Of a stretch of DNA of 49,917 nt, positions 42,972 through 49,917 are shown piece after piece; the stretch's first letter is position 1; each line of letters begins with the position of its first letter. The notes beneath the pieces were generated by a model that searched no databases, was not told the origin of the DNA, and saw only the letters and a list, made by a program, of their open reading frames with translations. Made by a program: the position numbers and the translations under genes. The DNA is from an uncultured Alphaproteobacteria bacterium (GTDB lineage: Bacteria; Pseudomonadota; Alphaproteobacteria; CAAHEQ01; UBA3637), in contig CALXPF010000001.1 of assembly GCA_944390205.1 (NCBI GenBank), positions 1 to 49,917 of the forward strand, in the 5' to 3' direction.

Positions 42972-44372
42972 TTATTTAAACGGCGGAAGCCCCCCAAAAG
43001 GATTATGTCCGCCCCCGAAAGGATTTGCCCCACCCATCAGCTGACCAGCCTTTTTCATCATGGACATCATTCCGAACGGACCCATTTTCTTGAACTTTTT
43101 CATAACCATCGCCATTTGTTCGTACTGCTTCAACAATCTGTTAACGTCATTAACGGTGACACCGGCTCCGTTGGCGATCCGTTGTTTGCGAGAGGCTTTT
43201 AATAAATCGGGATTTTTTCTTTCTCGAGGCGTCATGGATAAAATAATGGCTTGTTGTCTTTTTAACAGTTGATTATTTAAATCCGAGTCTTTGATCTTAT
43301 CTTGTATTTTAGACAGCCCCGGAATCATTTTCATAATTCCTTGAATATCACCCATCTTTTCAATTTGACGCAATTGATCCAACAAATCATTCAAATTGAA
43401 TTGCCCCGACAACATTCTTTCTGCCGTCTTTTGGGCGTCTTCCTGATTGATTTTTTCAATGGCCGTCTCAACCAATCCGACAACATCTCCCATTCCCAAA
43501 ATACGATCTGCAACCCGTTTGGCATCAAAAGCTTCAAGGGCATCTGCTTTTTCACCCACTCCCAAAAACTGGATCGGGCACCCCGTCACGGCTCTCATGG
43601 ATAAAGCGGCTCCGCCTCTGGAATCACCGTCAACTCGTGTCAAAACAATCCCCGTAATTCCAACCTTCTCCGAAAAGGATTTTGCCAAATGAACGGCATC
43701 TTGCCCCATCAAAGAATCAACAACCAACAGGGTTTCACTCGGATGAGACATATCTCGAACAGAAGCCACCTCTGCCATCATGTCCGTGTCAATATGCAAC
43801 CGACCGGCCGTATCCAAAATCAAAATATCGTACAAGCCGGCTTTAGCTTCCCGCAGGGCCCGTTCCGTAATCTGAAGCGGCTTTTGACCCGCGACAATCG
43901 GCAAAACGGATAGATTGTTTTTGACCCCCAATTCTGCCAATTGATCCTGTGCGGCCGGACGGTATGTATCCAAGCTGGCCAATAAAACTTTCTTGCCTTT
44001 TTTTTGAAATCGAACCGCTAATTTGGCAGAAGACGTTGTTTTTCCGGATCCTTGCAACCCGACCATTAAAATGACGGACGGCAACTGTTTTAAGTTTAAC
44101 TCGGTTGATTCACCCAACAACTTCACCAATTCATCATGGACAATCTTAACAACCATTTGAGCAGGAGAAATAGATTTAATCACCTGCTCCCCAATGGCCT
44201 TTTCCCGAACAGACGCAATAAACGATTTAACAACGGGCAAAGCCACATCCGCTTCCAAGAGAGCGATTTTAATCTCGCGCATCGTTTCATCAACAGATGA
44301 TTCCGTTAAAATTCCGCGCCGTGTCAATTTGTCAAAAACGGAAGAGAGTCTTTCTGATAATCCCGCAAACAT
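42972..44372 (-). CDS. ffh: Signal recognition particle protein Ffh
   Basis: 'MFAGLSERLSSVFDKL', 'GLQGSGKTT', 'DTAGR', 'TRVDGDSRGGAALS', Met-rich M domain. Confidence 0.95.
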   Translation of the reverse strand: MFAGLSERLSSVFDKLTRRGILTESSVDETMREIKIALLEADVALPVVKSFIASVREKAIGEQVIKSISPAQMVVKIVHDELVKLLGESTELNLKQLPSVILMVGLQGSGKTTSSAKLAVRFQKKGKKVLLASLDTYRPAAQDQLAELGVKNNLSVLPIVAGQKPLQITERALREAKAGLYDILILDTAGRLHIDTDMMAEVASVRDMSHPSETLLVVDSLMGQDAVHLAKSFSEKVGITGIVLTRVDGDSRGGAALSMRAVTGCPIQFLGVGEKADALEAFDAKRVADRILGMGDVVGLVETAIEKINQEDAQKTAERMLSGQFNLNDLLDQLRQIEKMGDIQGIMKMIPGLSKIQDKIKDSDLNNQLLKRQQAIILSMTPRERKNPDLLKASRKQRIANGAGVTVNDVNRLLKQYEQMAMVMKKFKKMGPFGMMSMMKKAGQLMGGANPFGGGHNPFGGLPPFK

Positions 44373-44539
44373 TTTATAATCCTCAATTTAATTATCGTTT
44401 TTTTCAAAAATATACAAAACATCTCCGATAAAGTCAAGGGGAAGCCCTTATTTCCTGATCGAGAGCGAGACATTTCGACCAATACGGCATTCAAAGAAGA
44501 TCGAGTATCGGCATCCCATATGCCGATGATCGGCGAGCT

Positions 44540-44965
44540 CTACTGTCTAACGCGGGAAGAGTTGTTTTTTGACAGTAAAGAGACCGCACGGCCTTTGCGA
44601 ACACATCTTGCATTTACTATTGCCAAACACTCCATATAATCGGAAAACGTCACCAATTCTTTATTTTGAGCCGTTGCCACCATTAACACCTTTTTGGCTA
44701 ACTTAATGCCATCCGTCAATCCGGCCAATCCCGCCTCATCAACATCCGCTTTTTTGTGATTCACACTTAAATTCATCGGTTTTTTTAATTGTGTGATGAC
44801 CGCACTGTAAAGAGTCATCAAATGTCTCATCGTCTCCTCGTTGCTTGACAACAGCTCCTGCGCATGACGATCAAACAATCGGGACCGCAAACAAAATCCG
44901 ACAAAACCGATTTGATCGTACGCTCCGTTTTTGCTTTTAATCATATCTAAAAAATTTTCAGACAA
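44540..44965 (-). CDS. Hypothetical protein (no recognisable motif)
   Basis: 141-codon ORF with a coding-like composition. Start uncertain (TTG 44965 or ATG 44944, neither with a clear SD). TAG stop followed by the hairpin ATCGGCAT-CCCAT-ATGCCGAT (44507..44527). Confidence 0.4.
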   Translation of the reverse strand: MSENFLDMIKSKNGAYDQIGFVGFCLRSRLFDRHAQELLSSNEETMRHLMTLYSAVITQLKKPMNLSVNHKKADVDEAGLAGLTDGIKLAKKVLMVATAQNKELVTFSDYMECLAIVNARCVRKGRAVSLLSKNNSSRVRQ

Positions 44966-45325
44966 TCGCCGAACAGCCGAACGACCATTTTTTGTTTTTT
45001 TTTCTTACTGTTCGGGTTTTTGGGCCATACGGGACAAAATACAAAAAGAGACCATGGATTCCGAAAAAAAATCTTGTGCAAAATCATTCATCGCCGAACC
45101 TCCGCCGTTATATGATTGGAAAACAATTAAAAAAATTGGGAATGATTATATACCTTTTTTTAAAAAAAATCAATTTTTTTTATGACAGATCACAAAATGA
45201 TCGTTCACACTTTCAAACCCCACATATTATCTCGTTTCTCTCAAATGACAAGAAATGTCCGACACATAAAAAAAGCGTTGTGTTTTAAAAAAAAATCAGA
45301 TATACTGACTTCATTCTAAAAACAG

Positions 45326-45340
45326 AACAATAAAGGAACA
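45326..45340 (+). promoter_or_regulatory. GAAC-N7-GAAC direct repeat (alphaproteobacterial LexA/SOS-box-like) immediately upstream of recA
   Basis: GAACAATAAAGGAAC ends 5 nt before the recA ATG and overlaps the AAAGGA SD. Confidence 0.3.
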
Positions 45341-45344
45341 AAAT

Positions 45345-46379
45345 ATGGAAAAAGATAAAGCATTGGAAGCGGCGCTCAGCCAAATCGAACGAGCCTTCGG
45401 CAAAGGATCCATCATGCGTTTGGGTCAAAAAGACAACGCTATTGAAATACCGTCCATTTCAACCGGATCATTGGGGTTGGATCTGGCTTTGGGGATCGGC
45501 GGATTGCCTCGAGGTCGTATTGTTGAAATTTATGGTCCGGAGAGCTCCGGTAAAACGACATTAGCCTTACATGTTGTTGCCGAATCTCAAAAAAAAGGAG
45601 GCGTATGCGCTTATATTGACGCAGAACACGCTTTAGACCCGATTTATGCCGGAAAATTAGGTGTTAAAATTGACGATTTATTAATCTCACAACCGGACAC
45701 GGGAGAGCAAGCACTTGAAATTGCGGATACACTTGTTCGATCGGGAACGATTGATGTTTTGGTCGTGGATTCGGTGGCAGCCTTAGTTCCGAAAGCCGAA
45801 CTGGAAGGAGAAATGGGCGATTCTCACATGGGTCTTCAAGCTCGCTTGATGAGTCAGGCTTTGCGTAAGATTACAGCTTCGGTTGCAAGAGCCAACACCC
45901 TTGTTATTTTTATTAACCAAATTCGTATGAAAATCGGCGTAATGTTTGGCAATCCCGAAACAACAACGGGCGGAAACGCACTTAAATTTTATGCCTCCGT
46001 CCGCTTGGATATTCGTCGTATCGGAGCCATCAAAGACAAAGAAAATACCGTTGGAAATCAGACACGGGTTAAAATTGTTAAAAACAAAGTGGCCCCCCCG
46101 TTTAAAACGGTTGATTTTGACATTTTGTACGGCGAAGGAATCTCTAAAACGGGAGAGCTGTTGGATTTAGGAATTAAAGCCGGCATTGTCGAAAAAGCGG
46201 GTTCTTGGTTCTCGGCAAAAGGAGAGCGAATCGGTCAGGGGCGTGAATCGGCAAGAGCGTATTTAAAAGCGCACCCGGAATTGGCAAATGAGATTGAAAA
46301 AACGGTTCGAGAACACGCCAAAGATATTTCACAAAAATTAATTGTGGCCGATGAAGCCGCCTCAACGGAAGCGGAATAA
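45345..46379 (+). CDS. recA: Recombinase RecA
   Basis: '[23 protein letters not shown]', Walker A 'GPESSGKTT', 'IDAEHALDP', '[13 protein letters not shown]', '[24 protein letters not shown]'. Confidence 0.97.
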   Translation: MEKDKALEAALSQIERAFGKGSIMRLGQKDNAIEIPSISTGSLGLDLALGIGGLPRGRIVEIYGPESSGKTTLALHVVAESQKKGGVCAYIDAEHALDPIYAGKLGVKIDDLLISQPDTGEQALEIADTLVRSGTIDVLVVDSVAALVPKAELEGEMGDSHMGLQARLMSQALRKITASVARANTLVIFINQIRMKIGVMFGNPETTTGGNALKFYASVRLDIRRIGAIKDKENTVGNQTRVKIVKNKVAPPFKTVDFDILYGEGISKTGELLDLGIKAGIVEKAGSWFSAKGERIGQGRESARAYLKAHPELANEIEKTVREHAKDISQKLIVADEAASTEAE

Positions 46380-46394
46380 GTCGGCTATTTCCCG

Positions 46395-46425
46395 AAATGT
46401 CCGGCGTCCGCCGGACATTTTTTAT
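46395..46425 (+). terminator. Intrinsic terminator after recA
   Basis: AAATGTCCGG-CGTCCG-CCGGACATTT followed by TTTTA. Confidence 0.8.
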
Positions 46426-46491
46426 TGACAAAACCGTTAAAAAAGCTTAAAAAAACACAGAATTTTTTAATCAGAACAGATGTGAGGACAC

Positions 46492-49134
46492 ATGAGTAAA
46501 AACATCACGGCACAAATCAGAAAACAGTTTATCGATTACTTTCAAAGACAAGACCATACCATTGTTCCGGCCAGTTCGTTGGTTCCCAAAAACGATCCGA
46601 CTTTAATGTTTACCAATTCGGGAATGGTGCAGTTTAAAAATTATTTAACCGGTGCCGAAAATCCCCCGTTTCCGAGAGCCGCAACCATTCAAAAATCGGT
46701 TCGAGCCGGCGGAAAGCACAACGATTTGGATAATGTCGGATATACAAAACGACACCATACTTTTTTTGAAATGTTGGGAAATTTTTCGTTCGGAGATTAT
46801 TTTAAAGAAAAGGCCATATACTATGCATGGGAGTTATTAACCAAAGAAATCGGTTTGGATAAATCCAAATTATTGGTGACGATTTTTCACACGGATGATG
46901 AAGCTTATAAATTGTGGAAATCCATCGCCGGTTTAAAAGATGAGGACATTATTCGTATCGCTACCAAAGACAATTTTTGGCAAATGGGCGATACGGGCCC
47001 TTGCGGTCCCTGTTCCGAGATTTTTTACGATCACGGCGAGCAGTATTGGGGCGGTCGCCCCGGCACACCGGAAGAAGACGGTGATCGGTTTATTGAAATT
47101 TGGAATCTCGTTTTTGATCAATACGAGGATTTGCCGGATGGTCGTCGCATTGAGCTTCCTAAAAAATGTATTGATACCGGTTCCGGATTGGAACGGATCA
47201 GTGCCATTTTACAAGGGACGAATGATAATTATGAAATTGACATTTTTAAAACCTTGATCGGCAATGCCGCCGCTTTAACGGGTGTGGATCCGAACGGCGA
47301 ATATAAAACCTCGCTCCGTGTTATAGCCGATCACTTGCGATCTACTTCTTTCTTGTTGGCCGATGGTGTCATGCCTTCAAACGAGGGACGCGGATACGTT
47401 TTGCGACGAATCATGCGCAGAGCCATGCGTCACGCTCATTTAATCGGATACAAAAAACCGCTCATGTACCAATTGGTTCCGTCTTTGATTGAAACGATGG
47501 GTGAGGCCTATCCGGAATTGATAAAACATCAAAAACTCATTACGGAAGCCCTAAAACTTGAAGAAGAAAAATTCAAACAAACATTGGACAAAGGACTTAA
47601 GTTATTAGATGAAGAAACAGCCTTGTTAAAAGAGGGAGATTCTTTATCCGGAGAGGTTGCCTTCAAACTATATGACACATACGGTTTCCCATTGGATTTG
47701 ACACAAGACGCCCTTCGCAATAAAAACATGACCGTTGATACACGCGGATTTGAATTGGCCATGAGCAAACAACGAGCGGATGCACGGCGATCATGGGTGG
47801 GATCCGGAGATAACGCGGATGAAAAAATATGGTTCCGAATAGCGGAAAAGACGGGATCAACGGAATTTTTAGGCTATGAAACGGATGAGGCAGAAGCTCA
47901 AATTTTGAGCTTGGTGCATGACAATAAAGAAGTTGAAAAAGCACAAGCCGGCGAAACAATTTACCTTGTCGCCAATCAAACCCCTTTTTACGGAGAAATG
48001 GGCGGACAAGTCGGTGACACGGGAACAATCACGACAAAAAATGCACGGATTTCAGTCTCCGATACCGTTCGAAAAGCCGATTCAAAATTAATTGTTCATA
48101 TCGGAACGGTAGAACAAGGAGAAGTATTAAACGGAGAAACGGGAGTCTTCCAAATTGATTCAAGCCGTCGTTTCAACATTCGGGCACATCACTCGGCAAC
48201 TCACCTGTTGCAAGCGGCTCTTCAAAAAGTTCTGGGCCCTCAGGTTCATCAAAAGGGATCATTGGTGACACCCACCGGATTCCGGTTTGATTTTACCTAT
48301 CACAAAGCCATGACTCAAGAGGAGATTTTACAGGTTGAGACTCTTGTGAATCAAATGATTTTATCCAATCGTCCCGTTATAACCGAATTGATGACACCGG
48401 AAGCCGCCATTCAACAGGGGGCCATGGCTCTTTTCGATGAGAAATACGGAGAAACGGTTCGAGTCGTCTCCATGGGAAGCGGAAAAGAGAGATTATCTTG
48501 TGAATTATGTGGCGGAACACACGTACAGGCGACCGGAGATATCGGATTGTTTCATATTCTCTCCGAAAGCGGTATTTCCTCGGGAGTCAGACGAATTGAG
48601 GCAATTGTCGGCTTGCCGGCCCTTCAAAAAGAGCAAGAACAAACGGCCTTAATCTCTGAATTAATTCAAACGCTTAAAACAACGGGGGAATCCGAGATTT
48701 TAAGTAAAATTCACACCTTAATGGACGATAAGAAACAACTGGAAAAAGAGGTTTCCGATTTACGGCAAAAAGTTGCCATGAGCGGATCCGGATCGGCAGA
48801 AGAGCAATCAGAAACAATCAACGGCGTTGCTTTTGTCGGACGTTTATTGTCACAAACGCCGGCAAAAGAGCTCAAGCCACTGGCAGATGCTTTCAAGAAG
48901 AAAATCGGTTCCGGTGTTATTGCGTTAATTTCAACGGACTCAAATAAAGTATCCATTGTTGTTGCGGTCACACCCGATTTAACAGACCGATATAACGCCA
49001 TTACATTTGTTCAAAAGGCTTCTGAGCTGGTTGGCGGTAAGGGCGGAGGCGGTCGACCCGATATGGCACAAGCCGGCGGATCGGATATCAGTAAAGCCTC
49101 ACAGATTTTACCTCTTTTACGAACGTTTTTATAA
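46492..49134 (+). CDS. alaS: Alanine--tRNA ligase
   Basis: 880 aa. 'FTNSGMVQFK', 'QKSVRAGGKHNDLDNVGYT.RHHTFFEMLGNFSFGDYFK', 'FWQMGDTGPCGPCSEIF', editing-domain 'HSATHLL', 'CGGTH'. Confidence 0.97.
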   Translation: MSKNITAQIRKQFIDYFQRQDHTIVPASSLVPKNDPTLMFTNSGMVQFKNYLTGAENPPFPRAATIQKSVRAGGKHNDLDNVGYTKRHHTFFEMLGNFSFGDYFKEKAIYYAWELLTKEIGLDKSKLLVTIFHTDDEAYKLWKSIAGLKDEDIIRIATKDNFWQMGDTGPCGPCSEIFYDHGEQYWGGRPGTPEEDGDRFIEIWNLVFDQYEDLPDGRRIELPKKCIDTGSGLERISAILQGTNDNYEIDIFKTLIGNAAALTGVDPNGEYKTSLRVIADHLRSTSFLLADGVMPSNEGRGYVLRRIMRRAMRHAHLIGYKKPLMYQLVPSLIETMGEAYPELIKHQKLITEALKLEEEKFKQTLDKGLKLLDEETALLKEGDSLSGEVAFKLYDTYGFPLDLTQDALRNKNMTVDTRGFELAMSKQRADARRSWVGSGDNADEKIWFRIAEKTGSTEFLGYETDEAEAQILSLVHDNKEVEKAQAGETIYLVANQTPFYGEMGGQVGDTGTITTKNARISVSDTVRKADSKLIVHIGTVEQGEVLNGETGVFQIDSSRRFNIRAHHSATHLLQAALQKVLGPQVHQKGSLVTPTGFRFDFTYHKAMTQEEILQVETLVNQMILSNRPVITELMTPEAAIQQGAMALFDEKYGETVRVVSMGSGKERLSCELCGGTHVQATGDIGLFHILSESGISSGVRRIEAIVGLPALQKEQEQTALISELIQTLKTTGESEILSKIHTLMDDKKQLEKEVSDLRQKVAMSGSGSAEEQSETINGVAFVGRLLSQTPAKELKPLADAFKKKIGSGVIALISTDSNKVSIVVAVTPDLTDRYNAITFVQKASELVGGKGGGGRPDMAQAGGSDISKASQILPLLRTFL

Positions 49135-49151
49135 GAGAAAATCTCATCAAC

Positions 49152-49177
49152 GGAGCCAACTGATCGTTGGCTCTTTT
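49152..49177 (+). terminator. Intrinsic terminator after alaS
   Basis: GAGCCAAC-TGATC-GTTGGCTC followed by TTTTTAT. Confidence 0.8.
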
Positions 49178-49223
49178 TATGGCCGAAATCAAACGACTGT
49201 CAGAAGACTGTTGTACGTGGCGT

Positions 49224-49800
49224 TCCCTCTTTGGGGGCTTAGCATATCTCTTTTAAAAGACCGCACATTATAAGAAATACACACCTCCTTGGGGCTTGTC
49301 GTTCTTCTTTATCAAGTCAGATTTTTTGAGTGCCCCCCTTAGAGCTCGTCATGTCTCTTTTAAAAGACCGACCGTTGTAAGAAATACACACCCTCTTGGG
49401 GCTTGTCGTTTTTCTTTGTCAAGTCAGATTTTTTGAGTGCCCCCCTTAGAGCTCGTCATGTCTCTTTTAAAAGACCGACCGTTGTAAGAAATACACACCC
49501 CCTTAGGGCTTGTCGTTTTTCTTTGTCAAGTCAGATCCTTTTTGGGTGTCCCGCCCCCTTTGGGGCTCGTCATGTCTCTTTTAAAAGACCGACCGTTGTG
49601 AGAAATAAACGCCCCTTAGGACTTCTCGTTCTTCTTTATCAAGTCAGATCCTTTTTGGGTGTCCCGCCCCCTTTGGGGCTCGTCATGTCTCTTTTCAAAG
49701 ACCGACCGTTGTAAGAAATAAACGCCCCTTTAGGGCTTGTCGTTCTTCTTTATCAAGTCAGATTTTTGAACACCGCCAATTGGGGCTCTCTTTTTTGAAG
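49224..49800. repeat. Nested tandem-repeat array: ~5 units of 107-114 bp, each made of two related ~48-60 bp half-units
   Basis: The anchor 'GTCATGTCTC' (first copy degenerate, 'AGCATATCTC') lies at 49241, 49348, 49455, 49569 and 49682. Half-units share the core CCCYTWGGGGCTYGTC. Short GC hairpins include GCCCC-CTTT-GGGGC at 49553..49566 and 49666..49679. Confidence 0.9.
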
Positions 49801-49818
49801 TCTCCTTTCTATGCAAAA

Positions 49819-49846
49819 GGCCCCGCCGAAAGTGGGGCCCTTTTTG
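49819..49846 (+). terminator. Intrinsic terminator between the repeat array and the right terminal repeat arm
   Basis: GGCCCCGC-CGAAA-GTGGGGCC followed by CTTTTTGTATT. Confidence 0.6.
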
Positions 49847-49852
49847 TATTCT

Positions 49853-49916
49853 GAAAACCACGCGTTAGACGCGTGGTTCAGTAAAGCTTATAGCGGTGAG
49901 GATGACAAAACGCTCC
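49853..49916. repeat. Right arm of the 64-bp inverted repeat (partner 1..64)
   Basis: See the left arm. 63/64 identity in inverted orientation, including the same hairpin, here on the - strand. Confidence 0.9.
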
Positions 49917-49917
49917 A

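Noticed and set aside
49403-49714. 103-codon + strand ORF running through the tandem array (repeated 'ARHVSFKRPTVVRN').
   Set aside because: Its periodic sequence is simply the translation of the DNA repeat. It has no SD and an extremely basic, low-complexity composition. Frames are not preserved between units of 107 vs 113/114 bp. I treat it as non-coding.
49224-49800. Possible CRISPR array.
   Set aside because: There are no unique spacers: both alternating segments (A and B half-units) are themselves conserved between units. The unit length is 107-114 bp. No cas genes are in the window.
1-49917. The whole window as a composite transposon, linear plasmid or phage delimited by terminal inverted repeats.
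   Set aside because: The content is core chromosomal (dnaE, recA, alaS, ffh, ribosomal proteins, lolCD). No transposase, replication or partition genes are present. The repeats are more likely ends of flanking duplicated sequence.
1-49917. Search by eye for tRNA, rRNA, tmRNA, 4.5S or RNase P RNA genes (T-loop GGTTCGA-type motifs, SRP RNA core).
   Set aside because: GGTTCGA-like strings occur only inside confidently coding regions (asmA-like, lolC, recA, alaS). No intergenic candidate was found. A covariance-model scan would be needed to be sure.

Overview
This is a 49.9-kb AT-rich chromosomal segment of a Gram-negative bacterium, densely coding on both strands. The housekeeping backbone is: an asmA-like gene (split), trkH, tatD, tcdA, uvrD, lolC/lolD-dnaE (overlapping start/stop codons), a yejBEF-type ABC importer, ffh, rpsP-rimM-trmD-rplS, recA and alaS. 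Several soft hints point to a host-associated alphaproteobacterium, but this is inference only. The hints are a single LolC/E-type permease plus LolD, an S16 with a long Ala/Glu/Lys tail, GAAC-N7-GAAC in front of recA, an ankyrin protein, and Chlamydia-type aaxBC. I saw no rRNA, tRNA, CRISPR, transposase or integrase gene. The most unusual content is: (i) Two paralogous orphan type-IV-pilin-like genes. One (34514..36331) carries a ~420-aa, ~38-Cys eukaryote-like cysteine-rich repeat region ending in a C-type-lectin-like module. (ii) A Chlamydia-type pyruvoyl arginine decarboxylase plus antiporter pair (aaxB-aaxC) without the porin gene. (iii) An AsmA-family gene interrupted by a single in-frame TAG. 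(iv) An orphan phage tail-collar/fibre-like gene preceded by a promoter+terminator unit (candidate sRNA or leader). (v) Two intergenic tandem-repeat arrays: 90-96 bp x ~2.3 at 40.3 kb, and a nested 107-114 bp x ~5 array at 49.2-49.8 kb. (vi) A 64-bp inverted repeat (63/64 identical) forming the two extreme ends of the window. All functional calls rest on motif-level reading of the translated ORFs; no database search was possible.
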